This document shows, in pieces, positions 1 to 13,500 of a stretch of DNA of 64,000 bases. A program made the translations under genes and the position numbers. The notes under the pieces are model-generated. The model searched no databases and was not told where the DNA came from. It saw only the letters and a program-made list of their open reading frames with translations. The stretch's first letter is position 1. The number at the start of each line of letters is the position of its first letter. The DNA is from Tubulanus polymorphus (lineage: Eukaryota > Animalia > Nemertea): positions 30,794,299-30,858,298 of the forward strand of contig NC_134025.1 in the NCBI RefSeq assembly GCF_964204645.1, given 5' to 3'.

Positions 1-121
1 AGGTGACGTTATTGTTACGTGATGATGGTAGCGGCTTCACTTTATACCCGTCATGTACACGGGAATCTTACAATGAAACAGTGATTAGAATGCAGTTTTT
101 CCTAGTAGAGATTTGAGGCCA

Positions 122-375
122 ATGACGAGAGAAATCCCACAATAACGAACGAAGCCAAGATAGAAAAATTCTATATCAGAATGATTGTATTTGAGGCGCG
201 ACGTTTCGGCTAACAACTGTTTGCCATCATCAGGCGTACAACTGTTAGCCATCATCAGTACGCCTGATGATGGCTAACAGTTGTAAGCCGAAACGTCGCT
301 CCTCAAATACAATCATTCTGATATAGAATTTTTCTATCTTGGCTTCGTTCGTTATTGTGGGATTTCTCTCGCCAT
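122..375. repeat. Long near-perfect inverted repeat (~115-bp arms) with a partial third copy in the spacer; Penelope-like-element (PLE) palindrome
   Basis: gagagaaatcccacaataacgaac... (127-) is the reverse complement of ...gttcgttattgtgggatttctctc (-370). The inner arms carry opposed CTGATGA...GAAAC motifs. Confidence 0.9.
261..300 (+). ncRNA. Minimal type I hammerhead ribozyme motif (PLE-type); a mirror copy lies on the minus strand at ~196-237
   Basis: Core CTGATGA (264-270), stem II ggct/agcc, GAAA (290-293), palindromic ACGT in place of stem III, GUC cleavage triplet (295-297), 2-3-bp stem I (cgc/gcg in the minus copy). Confidence 0.65.
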
Positions 376-1514
376 CATCATACACGGATATTGTGTATCT
401 TCTCGTCTAATTGAGGCCAATATTTTCAGGTGAACTGAAGGCAGTATGTTATGTACCATTATTACACTTTAAATGTAACAGTGGCCTCTTAACTACGTGT
501 CCCTAGTCCAACCACAGACTCTTTGATCTCTCTTCGTTTTAGGGTCCATGTCCCAACAACATAAATCATTAAGTGTACGTCTCCTCGATGTAGGCGGTTG
601 GGGGTGTTTGTTTGTTTATTATCCCCGCAATCTGTCCACACAATCCTATAATTATTCTATTGATTCATTTATATCGTTGTGTCCGACTTTGTTTCAAAAT
701 ATCATAAGCTGCTTTTCTCATTCGTAACGCAATACACAATGAAGTTTACAGAGGAATCGACCGTGAGATGATTGAGTACTAAACTTTGTATTCTTTTCAC
801 AAAATTGTGGTCATGTTAAATAGGAAATTAATTTTTTTCGATTCATTTTTCAGCTCATGTCCGGACGTCAATGATTTTTCCAGGTTAAGCGAATGATTCT
901 TTTCTGCGAGAAAAACGTCACAGAAAATCCCTAGTAATGCACTGTGGGGAAAAGTGAAATTTAGTCACAAGCCGTGGCCCACGTATGATAATCATATTTG
1001 TACAATAGTAGCTGATTTGATAAATCATCTTGTTATCACTTGTAAATACAATGTATACTGTATACAATGTATACGGTATACAATGTATACAATTACAAAA
1101 CACAATGTATACATTTTATCGCGCTGAGTCGATCGTAGAAAAAGAAACGACCGGTGGAGATAACGACACCGCGGCCCGCTAACCGATAACCTCAATAATT
1201 CCATATTTCTGCGTCTCTTCGTCTACAGATAACCGCTGTAATCAGTTTCGTAATTCATCGATAAAAAATACTTTAAAAAGATTGTCAGATAAGATAGAAC
1301 AGTTGAAACAGTATATTTCCTAAAACGATAAATATATAGTTCATATTTGAACTGATAAAATGTTTGATAGATAAGGCTAATCGAACAAGTACGAATGGGT
1401 AATGTTGTTCATAAACAGAGTAACACGTGGATCATTAATCAATAGAACTGTCACTGTACAGTGCAGTAGAGCGGGTAGAACGGGCCAGTGTTTCTATCGT
1501 GTTTCATCCTTCAA

Positions 1515-4500
1515 ATGGACTGTCATCTGCTGAATACTCCGGCATTAATTGCCAAAAAGAGAGATGGACATACCTTAACAAAATCAGAGATTCAATATTT
1601 CATCGATGGAGTTGTGAACGGTGATAATGTAGAGCTGGCGCAACTTGGTAATGTACTACATTAACATAGATTATGAATGACTGCTGCGCTGGTAATAGTA
1701 AATTACGATAACAAGTTTACATTGATCTACTTTCACTTTTAATGTTTATAAAAAGTATTATATTGTTCGTCCTTGGAACCAGTTTTATAGATTTGCGTCC
1801 ATAATTTATCTCCCTAAACTGTTACAAGTTTTTAATTTTTTTTAAATTAACCATATGATGTCTGCTCTGATTAGCTGTTATATGACAGGTTTTTGATTAT
1901 TAGAAGATAGATAAACATGGATAGGATCGATGTTTGTTGCAGTAACCAGAACTACAACATGTTGCAAATCTCATAAAAATGATAAACTCCAAAATCAATT
2001 CATCACAAACTGATAAATGAAGAAATTAAATCTGTTTGGTTTGATTTCGTGGGATAAAAGTTTGGAAATCTTGATTCACCCTTTGTAGTGTAAAAATACA
2101 ACACTGTTGTTTTTTTCAGCAGTTTACTATGTACTACTACATAGTGAAATCTGCACCCCTGTCTAACATTGTATCTCTTCTCTCTGTGAGTTTAGGTGCT
2201 ATGTTAATGGCAATAAAACTGCGAGGAATGTCTATGGATGAAACTGTTTTACTAACGGCAGCTATGAAAGAATCTGGTGAAACTCTTCACTGGCCCGATC
2301 AATGGAAACATATACTCGTTGATAAACACAGTACGGGAGGTGTAGGTGATAAAGTCAGTTTGATCCTAGCTCCTGCATTAGCTGCTTGTGGACTAAAGGT
2401 AGATCTTTTTAAACCAAGTCTGCATTGTAGATTTCAAAATCTAATCCGAAGCAAATGTGTTGTTATTCAAAGTCACTATTGATTATGCTTTGAAATAGAC
2501 TTTGACAATTCTTAAAAGAAACAAAAAGCTTTCTGGTACAGATTCAAATCATGTAAAATTAGAAATTCGCACCGTAGGACTCAAGTTCTATATTTAATTT
2601 TTGACAGTAGTAGAATTTAAGGTAATATTCTTCTAATGATCAGGTTCCGATGATATCAGGACGAGGTCTTTCATTTACGGGCGGCACGCTGGATAAACTA
2701 GAAGCGATCCCGGGATTCAATGTATCGATGTCTCCCGATGAAATCATTCGTACGTTAGATACAGTAGGATGTTGTATTGTTGGTCAGACTCAGGATATCG
2801 ACCCTGCTGATCGTATAATGTATGCAGTTAGAGATTTAACGGCTACTGTCGACAGTATACCTCTTATTACAGGTACTACTAATCATTCCTAAACATAGTT
2901 TCTATAGTAATTTTCACAGAGTTACTGCCTATCTGATGTGGTGCCACATTTTGTTGAAAAAATGCCATCAATAAATGATAATAAAAGAGCAAAAATTTCT
3001 GAGGAAATGTTCTTCGGAGGTTAAATGATGAATAGTAACTTAGTCAATTTTGGTGATTTTGTAGTCAATATTAACTATTCCTAATCTTACATTATTCATC
3101 ATAGAATTAGTGCCTTATCCGATGTGTTACCTCATTTTATTGAAAAATGCCATTGATAAAATGATAGATCAATGATGTTTTTTATGCATTTTCTATCCTG
3201 ATTAAAAGATACCTGAGGCAATTTTCTTTGAAGGTTGATGAGTAGTATCTTTGTCAATTTTGGTGATTTATTGTAGTCAATTATGGTGTTTTTTTTTTAC
3301 AGCATCGATTATTTCTAAGAAAGCAGCTGAGAACATCGCTGCTTTAGTGCTGGATGTGAAATTCGGCGAGGCTTCTTTTATGAAGACGAAAGAAGATGCG
3401 ATGAATTTGGCGACTTGGTTGGTAGATGTAGGAACCGGTTGCGGTATTAAAACCGAGGCTGTTATAAGCAGTATGGACATCCCGTTAGGTCATACTGTTG
3501 GTAATGGTTTAGAGGTGAAAGAAGCTATTGAATGTTTATCTGGAAATGGAGCTGAACAATTAGTAGAATTAGTGAGCGTTGAAGGTATGTAAGTCTGATG
3601 GACATATATTCTTCTCATTTAGAGGATTACGCTGGTTTCAGATCTCGTGGAACCGATTAAATTAACCTTTAAGGCAGCATTAGTGAATTCCAGGGTAGTC
3701 TGAGTAACGATGAGTCATATCACAAATTTGAAATTTTCAAAGGTTTAATTGTGCAACCATTTCAAGCAATAAAGTCGACTTTCACTGGAATATATAGGAG
3801 ATCTACTGTTGCATTTTGTTGAATATGTAGGTGATTTAACGTTGCTTTTTGTCGAATATTCATTAGGTTTAACCTTTGTTTTTTCTTGAATATTGAGGTT
3901 TATTAACTGGTGCAGGTTTTTGAATATTTTGAAGGTTTACTGTTGGATTATGTTGAATATTTAGAAGGTTTACCTTTTTTGTTGAATATTGTTATTCATT
4001 TACTGTTGCATGTTTTTTGAATATTTAGAAGGTTTACTGTTACATTTTGTTGAATATTTAGGAGGTTTACTGCTGCATTCTGTTGGTAAAGTCAACAGTT
4101 TAGAAGAAGGAGAAAATCTGATAAAACGAACATTAAACAACGGGTCAGCTTTAGAGAAATTTCAAGCTATGATCGTCGCTCAGGGAGTCAATCAGAAATT
4201 AGCCGAACGTATTTGCGAACGTGAAGGAGATGTTTTCAGAGTTTTGCGCAAAGCTAATTTTAAAACGCCGATAAAAGCTCATAAATCAGGTAAAAAGTGA
4301 AGTTATTTGTCATCGAATCGGACGGGAAGAAATGAATGTTTTTAATGAATGAAGTATGGATTGATTTTAAGGTTTTGTTGATGATATGAATGCGTTGTTA
4401 ATTGCTGAGTTATGTTCGGATCTCGGAGCCGGCCGTAAAAGAAGTGGTGACCCTATAAACCACGCGATCGGCGTCGAACTGCTGAAACTAGTCGGAGATT

Positions 4501-4979
4501 CCGTTCAACAAGGTATCTATTCATTCAATATCACAGTGACTCAAACCAGTCATCAGAAAAGTTGTCATATTGATGAAGCCATCTTTATTATTCAGTCAAA
4601 ATTTGTATTTCTAATTCAATACGATTAAGTGAAAGTCGTCATTTTGATAATTTGTCACATTGCTGAATTTTTCTCTTTTTGAGTCACAATTTGTATTCTA
4701 ATTCTAGTTTTCTGAGTGTTGAGTTAAGCTATGGGTTTCACTGTAATATGCTTAGCCAATTTATCTAACTGTCCATTCATCCCTGTTTGACGTTCAACCT
4801 TACAGTAATCACTAATATTGTGTATGTGTTTGATTGTTTTAGATGAAGTTCTTGCTTATGTTCACCACGATGAAGAGTTTGTGAATGGATTTTTAGAGAG
4901 AATTGCATCAGGAATTATGATTAACGATCAACTGAATGCTGATTATAATATCAAACGCATTCATCACATCATTACTTAA
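1515..4979 (+). CDS. TYMP: Thymidine phosphorylase; 7 exons (1515-1647, 2196-2398, 2644-2872, 3303-3584, 4062-4289, 4372-4512, 4843-4979)
   Basis: [50 protein letters not shown] and LGAGR motifs. GT-AG junctions join in frame. Confidence 0.93.
3790..4075 (+). repeat. Degenerate ~33-bp tandem copies of the exon-5 acceptor region of TYMP
   Basis: Recurrent ttttgttgaatatttagaaggtttactgtt. The last copy supplies the in-frame acceptor at 4061/4062. Confidence 0.75.
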
Positions 4980-5125
4980 AATACTGTATGAAGCCTGTTT
5001 AAATCGGTTATTTTTGGGATTTCCAGGGTTCGTATAGATCAGCTTATGTGGTATTTCAGATTTTTTCTGTGCAGGCAAATTCAGGGATTTCTGTCTGTAG
5101 AGAAAATCAGGCAATTTAAATATTT

Positions 5126-5234
5126 GGACCCAGTTCCACAGTTGTGAGTTAGAGTTAACTCTGAGTTAAAATTAGTTCATTTTCAATGAGTTAATTCATG
5201 GTCAAATCTTAACTCGGAACTGTGGAACTGGACC
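5126..5234. mobile_element. MITE family A (TIR GGATCCAGTTCCACAGTT), ~70-150 bp. Further copies at ~9805-9918, 18396-18490, 19065-19146, 23968-24036 and 26885-27142 (tandem/nested), plus fragments
   Basis: Shared TIR ccagttccacagtt...aactgtggaactgg and internal gttcattttcaatgag in many introns and UTRs. Confidence 0.85.
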
Positions 5235-6784
5235 TTGTGTCTTGTCCCTACTGGTGACAAGTGACACAAGGAACCTCTCTTGATATGGATTTCTGTCAAA
5301 CATAAACCTGATTTTAAGGAACAAATTTAACATTCAAGAATTATCAAAATGGTTAAAAATATTTAGGCAGGTTTTGATATAACGTATTCCTGTTTTGGAA
5401 TATAAATTACATATTACAAACTCTCTACCGGTCGCAGGTTTACAGATACTATTCTGAAAATACGTAGAGCATATTTGGGTTGAAACAAATGCACTATAAG
5501 AGAAGTCCGTTATCAGTAAGAGACCGATCAAAACTTGCCCAACTCATATGAAGTTAATATGACTCGAGGAGAAAATCTGCTTGAAATATTCAATTTCCAA
5601 TTTAAGCGGGCTTGACTGTGTTGATATAATGCATATCAATACTTAATAATTTAGTTATAACTATGGAATTGGGTCCAGGTAATATGGTAAATGGCATTTA
5701 ACTTTATGAACACATAAACTACAGTAGACTCCTGTGTTGCCTGGGGATTCATGGGACTGATGAATATCTTTTCCAAAGCAGCAAATGAATTCCAGGGTGG
5801 CAGTCTAAATATTGAGGCAAATGGAGACTACTGTAATCACTGAGGGCTAGTTTCATGGTTTCATTTTGAAGAAATCGCTATTGGTCAGTTTTGTGGCAGC
5901 CACAACAAACAAATCATCGAATCACTATACTATGTGTCAGTTTAGTTTCTACATCGTCTTACAAAATGGCTCCATGATAGCTGTTTGAAGTAGTTAGTAT
6001 TGAAGGAGGGGATACTAGTGTAAGAATATATAAAAACCAATCTATGCAAATTCTATAAAAATCTGATTCCTGCTGGTGCTGGTGAATAATATAAACACAA
6101 ATACAGGGATATGGATGGCAGCTCAAATCGTCAATAATGTGCTTCCAATGATTTATATTAATGTGCTATCATTATGTGTAACCGGTCGTCAAACTCGGGT
6201 TAAATTGTCATTAATGAATTCCTCAATATTTTTTTAATCTAAATAAGTATTTCCAATTCCGTTTATCAAGTGTAAGTCATCAGCTATGACTAGATTAGCT
6301 CGAGTTTGACTGTAATTGGTATTGTAGGTGAATACTGCTAGAAGCTTTAAACAGGTTTTAGAGGATGTGAGGGGGGTTAGATTTATAGTACGATACTGTT
6401 GACAATCGGACTAATGCTTTGATATTTCTTCTCTTCTTATACAGTTATGTAAAATGAATGTTTTGAATATTTTATGTGTTACAAATATATACAACAAACA
6501 TGATTTATTATTTCTTCAGTTTACTCACTGGTTTTTCCATCAATGATTTTCTCTATAAACAGCACGGCCGTGAAAGATTGTTGAAGACGTGAACAAAATC
6601 TTGCTGAATTTTGGTTTTTCATTATGAACACGAATGAGAGGAGTCAGTTTATGTATTTTACGAATGACCCCTGGTATCACGAAGATTGATAGAACAACAT
6701 TTTTAGGGATTTAGAGGAAGTCCTAATCAACAGTCGTATACACAACTCCTTAAAAAACCCCTACTACACAGAAAACGCTTTTTA

Positions 6785-7003
6785 GGCTAAACAAAAATGA
6801 TACCTTGTTTCTCCGCAGCGGCCGGGTCATTTTTTTAAAGTATGATAAAATTTATAAACAGTTCATTTCTATAGCGGCCGGGCCTGTTATGGTAAAATTG
6901 ATCACGATTCTAAAAAAAGTAATGTATAGGGTAGATAGGCGGCCGGCCGGGTCAACATTTAAGCTCAGCAGAGCGGAGAAACAAGGTATCAATTTTTTTA
7001 GCC
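6785..7003. mobile_element. PIF/Harbinger-type MITE (family B)
   Basis: TIR ggctaaa..aaaatgataccttgtttctccgc; TTA target-site duplication on both sides; close inverted copy at 61566-61774. Confidence 0.85.
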
Positions 7004-7560
7004 TTAAGGTGCTTGAAACTCAATTCATTTGAACAAAAAATGTAAGATACTCCTTCAATTTTGAGAAATAGGCAATTAGAAATGCATGACCCTGACATAA
7101 GACTCTAAATAACTCATTGACAAAATATTTAAATTAGAATGATTTAATGATGCTTTAATACGAATCCATTCTATATACATTCATTTACATTGCAAATCAA
7201 AATTCCATTTCTTCAAAGTAAATAGCATCTTAACCTACATCTTTCTGACTTCTGAAATAACCCTAATCCAGCAGCATTATTTCATTCATAAAAAATAATT
7301 TATATTTAAAAATACAATCTGGTACAGTTAGAATACCACAGGGGTAAATATTAGTAGCAATATCATATATATGTATATAAGATTTCTGTACAATGTCCAA
7401 CAAGTGGAACTCATCAATGTAAAGGTCATGTTATATAGTACTTGAACAGTTAAGTACTTAACCTGAATCAGAGACAAGACCTGTTGACCTGAAATGACCA
7501 GTCATGCAAAAATATGTTTAAAATCTCAAGAGAGTTTACCAGTAGTTCAGAGTTTCATGA

Positions 7561-10500
7561 TTATTTGTCGGTTATATTAAGATTTAAAGATCCTCCACTG
7601 GCAGGTCCTCCACTACTCAGGTTATGAATCAATGCAGCTATTTGATTATGTTTATCAATCTTTTCCTGTTGTTGTTTTAGTAATAATTGTTTCTCTTTAA
7701 TTTCTCGTTCGTACGTTGTACAATCTGATTGTAACGCCGATATCTACAATACAACAATATTTATATTACCGGTACATTTATTCAGTATCTGTGAAATCGA
7801 TGCAGCTCTTAATCAACAGTACCCTCCACCCCTTCAATCAATCTGCTGTCTGTACCCTGCACCCCTTCAATCAATCTGCTGTCTGTACCCTACACCCCTT
7901 CAGACAATCTGCTGTCTGTACCCTACACCCCTTCAAACTATCTGCTGTCTGTACCCTACACCCCTTCAGACAATCTGCTGTCTGTATCCTACACCCCTTC
8001 AGACAATCTGCTGTCTGTACCCTACACCCCTTCAGACAATCTGCTGTCTGTACCCTACACCCCTTCAATCAATCTGCTGTCTGTACCCTCCACCCCTTCA
8101 GACAATCTGCTGTCTGTACCCTACACCCCTTCAGACAATCTGCTGTCTGTATCCTACACCCCTTCAATCAATCTGCTGTCTGTACCCTCCACCCCTTCAG
8201 ACAATCTGCTGTCTGTACCCTACACCCCTTCAAACTATCTGCTGTCTGTACCCTACACCCTTTTGACTATCTGCTGTCTGTACCCTAAAACGTTACCTTG
8301 TGCTTTGCTTCTTTTTTCTCTTGTTCGATCTGTTTTACTTCCTTTGATAATTGAACTATTTTCGAGTCTAGTTCATCTTTCTCTCCTTTTAACCGTGAAA
8401 CGTCATCTTCAAGACTTTTTACCTTTTTGTTCATATCTATAGAAATAAACAATTATTAACGCAATCATCCGAATTGAAATAACAACAATAAACATAACAA
8501 TTTAAAAATACCTTTTAATTTGGCGTCTCTTTCTTTTAGTTGTTTATTCATCAATTTACAATTTTCATCCAATTTTTCCAATTGTTTCAACGATCTAAAA
8601 AGAAACAAATGTAAGACAACAGAAGATCAAAAAAAAAAAAATATGGATTTATTTCATCGATGTAAATAGATAAACGTACGCGTTATGTTGTTCTTTAAGT
8701 TGTTCGTTGTGTTTTGTAAGTAGATCTTGTACGCCCTTTGAAGTGTTGTTCTCGCGTTGTAACGCTGTTATCTGATTCTGTGCATTGTCAAACCTAGAAA
8801 ACAATACGCAATATTACACCGAAAATTCATTTTATGAAAATCTAATGTAGCTATCAATCAGCAGCCCGGAACCTGAACCCCTTTCAGACAATCTGCAGCC
8901 CGGAACCTGAACCCCTTTCAGACAATCAGCAGCCCGGAACCTGAACCCCTTTCAGACAATCAGCAGCCCTGAACCTGAACCCCTTTCAGACAATCAGCAG
9001 CCCGGAACCTGAACCCCTTTCAGACAATCAGCAGCCCGGAACCTGAACCCCTTTCAGACAATCTCCAGCCTGGAACCAAGCGCTCAAAATGCTTGTTTAT
9101 AATGCCAGGTATGGATAATCGCTGAAGGTTTTACATAACTGAGGGTCCACTCAGGGTCCAGACTGCAGATTGAGTAACACTGCCTACTCACCGTTTTTGC
9201 ATTTCTTCATGTGTTGCCATCAACCTTTCATAATCTTCAGAGACACTTTGAAGCCTATAATAATTACACTGTACAGTTGTTTTATGTGTTATAGTGTATA
9301 TATAATTACAGTATGAATACATTACGTACCTATACATCTCAGTTTTCATTGCCTGCACTGTAGCTATTGCCTTATCTTTCACCGATGTCAATTCATTCAG
9401 TTTTTCGATGTATTCATAGTTTTTGGATTCGGTATCTTTCAGGAGATTTCTCATCTGCCTAGTCTAGAATCAGAGAAGAGAAATTCATAAGGATAAGGGT
9501 TCAAAAAGTGACCACTTCTCCCTATATACATAATGCTAAAAACTGTGTAAATGTCGGTTTGAAAATCAGCAACATTTTCAGATTTATGATAATTCTAAAG
9601 TAAGAAGATCATTAAGAAATACCTCAGCGTCAAATTCAGCTCTCTTATTTCTATATTGAGACAGTAACCGATCTGACTGCGTTAACGCTAAAGATTTCGC
9701 TTCTAATAAATCAGTAAGATGACTTTCTTTCGTCTGAAAAATATCAGGAAAAACATTGAATTCAACAGATTCATGTTACAAACTAAAGTAGGGCCCAAAC
9801 TAGCAGACCCAGTTCCAGAGTTTTCTGTGGAGATTTGACTTCTGAAGTCAACACATTCATTCTGGAAATGAATTCTGAATTCAAACTCTGGTAAACACAG
9901 AACTGTAGAACTGGATCCAGATTTCTAAATATCTGAGATCAATACTATTGATTTCTGAAACCTGTTTCCATAAAATTTGGCTACGTAGTTGGAAATGAAC
10001 CAATAATTCTAACTCAGAATAAATCAACGACTGTGGAACTGGGTTCTGTTTCACTTAAACCCATGGTTCACTCAATTGATCAATAGTTCAGTTACACAGG
10101 TCCATTAAACCAGTCTCAAGAGTCTCTGAACACTAACTTGTAACGATTGCAATTTCACTTCATAAATATCGATCACTTGAGAAAGTTTTAAATTTTTCAC
10201 ATCCAACTCGATCCCAGAATGCATTTTTTCGATCAAAATATCGATATCTCCGTCAATGTCGGTATTTCTCGAGTCCGGATGTTGAGTTCTTTGATGAAAC
10301 ATTTCCGGTAAATCATTTTTCTTCGATAGCGGTTTTTTAATCGGCGACATGCGGTCATGTGACTCATTGAGATTGGCACGATGATCTATTTTCTGGTTAT
10401 TCGCTACGATACTGGCGCCCAACCTAAAAATAAAATCAATAAAAACACGTTCGTCTGTGACAGGGAACGTAATAATTTGAAATATTCAAATTCAGTATTG

Positions 10501-13500
10501 AAGGCTGAAGGGGATGATTAAAGATTCAGGGTTCAGGGCTGTTCACTGATTATAGATAGAACACTTACATAAGAGAAGGAAATTCAGGAATTTGAGTTCC
10601 AGCAAAAAGAAGACGCAAAGTTAACTGTACAATATCTCTTCGATCAGACGTCAATCCATGAGATAAAATAGGCATCAGTCGCTGATCCTGAAATAGAAAT
10701 AAATCATTCGTGTAATCAGTTTATGTGAGGTGGTGTATGTGAGGTGGTGTATGTATGATAGTATGTGAGGTGGTGTATGTGAAGTGGTGTATGTATGATA
10801 GTATGTGAGGTGGTGTATGTGAGGTGGTGTATGTATGATAGTACGTGAGGTAATGGCATGTCACGTACCTGCAGTAAAATGACTACAGTCGTATCCATAT
10901 TATGAACATTTCTTTTCTGATTCACCATCAGATCCAATGTATACAATGTTACTTCAACTCCTACATTACTGGAAAATACAAGGACATTCAAATTATTACC
11001 AAATACATGAAGTACTGTAACAGATACAGTGAGTACTGTAATGTATAAGACAATGATGATGATTATTTACCTCCATGAATCTAATTCATCCGATGATAAC
11101 GCTACTTTGTTATGATAAAGTTGATAATCGACGATCTTGTAACAAATTTCTGCGTCGAATGATTTTAAAACTTCGCCCTTAATTCTCTCTTCATTACACA
11201 GTAGTACGAGGAACAGGTCAAGGTTAAATTACATGTGAATATTAATGAGATGTACAATGATGATGTGATGTATAATGTAAATAAAAGGATATCAGACAGT
11301 AATTTCACAGCACATACAATCATCTGACAGCTATATTTGATATTATCACTATCACTATTCTGTGAGATCGGTAACGGTGCCATTAATATTTCCGTACAAC
11401 ACGGTAACACTTTTTTTATTTGTAAATCGTAATCATTGTCTCCATCATCAATCGCTTCCTGAAATAAAATACTCAACAAATTCAACAAGGTTTCACAAAA
11501 TTAAACTGACAATAGAGTTGAGCTACGTCTCAATTCAGACCAGTGAATTTTCAGTTGATATTTGAAACTTTAAAATTTAACTATTCAATAGTTTCAAGAT
11601 TTCTATCTAAGTTAATTAGCTAATATGACTTGAAGGGATTAAGAGGAGTATTTATAGTATACCAATACCTCGTAAAGTTCTCTGACTAACGACAGAGCGA
11701 GCACAGACAACGGTGAACTCGATTGCTTAATCCACGCCATGATCGATTCAATCAGATGAATCTCTGAATCTTTTGATTCAAATACGCAACGACAAACTAC
11801 CGATCTTAACTTGGAAACCGAGCAAAACGCGAGTAACAATTCGAACAACTGGAAATGTACAAATAACATCATTCTTAGTTAGTTTTATATTCATTGATTC
11901 GCGAAGAGATGTTTAGATAATGATGTACCGACCTTCCCTGCGTCTAAAAGAGCTTTAGACTTCAGCAAATTCAGCACTTGTTTCACAGTGAGTTCTAAAT
12001 GCTGGAAACTAAAAGAAAACACAATATCATGAATACCGGTATCTAAGTTGTCACATTATTCAAGAAATTCCTATTTTTCAACCCAATTTAGTGTAAGTCG
12101 TCATTTGTTTAAGTTGTCAACATAATGATCGCTCGTCCCAATGACTTAAGCTCGAGTTTGACAGCATTTCACTGTAAGACTCCTACTGTACCTGACGAGT
12201 AGATCACTGATGTGCGGATGTCGAATCAAATCAATCACTAAATCAATAGCATACTTCCTCGATCGCTCCGGCTCTGAACTCACCAGAACGTTGAAAATAA
12301 GCAGAAATGTTTGATTGATGTTGACAGGGCTGAAAAACTTTAAAAAAAAAAAAAGAGAATAAATCATCACTTCAAGAACACTGATTAATCTCCTCAATCG
12401 ATATTCTCACTAACAGTTCAGTAAAGACTTACATTTTGTCCTATATCATCGTGTAAATACAAACAAGTCAAAACTGATAGAGACGGAATGTTGAAATCTT
12501 TGTTTGGAATTGCTATAAATCCTACCAACGTTTTATAAATCTGTTTAATATTCCTCTGAAAAAAATATCATCAAGAAATGAGTTAACATTCTAACTAACT
12601 AACTCTCATAGGTAAGACTTCAGAAATAAAACTTACTAGATTTTTCACATATGTTTGAACAGGGAGATTATTCCTGCAAACATTCGCTAATAAACAGACA
12701 CAAACTCTACACAACTGCTGATTATCGACGTTCAGTGAATTTGTCGGGCTGAAAACAATCAAATAGTCAAAATACAATCATAAATATCAAACCAGTTTGA
12801 GTAGCGGAGGACTGGTATGTAAGACCAGTCTAAGCCAATCTTAGTTCTATAGTCAATCTAGCAACTTAGGACCAGCAACTTAAATCTGTCTTATTTCAAT
12901 AGCCAATCTAACCAACAACTTAAGACCAGTCTTAGGATCACTTTTGGACTCATTTCATGAGTTTGCAACTGGGTTCATAAGGAGTTGAATTTTAATAATG
13001 AAACTAACATGAATTGAATGATGAATTTCACCAATTCATCGACGAATCCATCTTCAAATCGCACTTTATTGATGTAAGTTATTTTCTGTAGTAAACACAA
13101 ACACTAAAAACAATAAAATATATACAAATTATATTCTCTACAGGATTATAGATTGTCGAAATAAATTGAATTATTATCTTCAATCTTCATACCTTCGTCA
13201 GAAGCTGGATTGAGTCTGATAATTTATGTATACATAAAATTGACAATACGTTTGTTAAACTGTATCGTTCTGTGAGCAGTTTACATTGACTGTCATCTTC
13301 AACTGAAACAATTAAAACACATCATAACCATTGATAAAACACTGACTAAGTACAAAATCCAACATTTAGAATAAAAAAGAGTCTGAAATGTTATGTTGAG
13401 CTAATATTATGTTGAGGATATTTCTAATATATTCTAATAGTCGTAGCCTGGAGACGATAACGAGGAAACATTGAATGAATTACTTAGCTCAAAGAAACTT

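Noticed and set aside
1515-4979. Recent horizontal transfer of a bacterial-like thymidine phosphorylase
   Set aside because: Six spliceosomal introns, and TYMP is a normal metazoan gene.
7716-8288. 190-aa ORF with (QSAVCTLHPFR)n and its antisense ORF
   Set aside because: Translation of a 33-bp intronic minisatellite within CIP2A; no independent gene structure.
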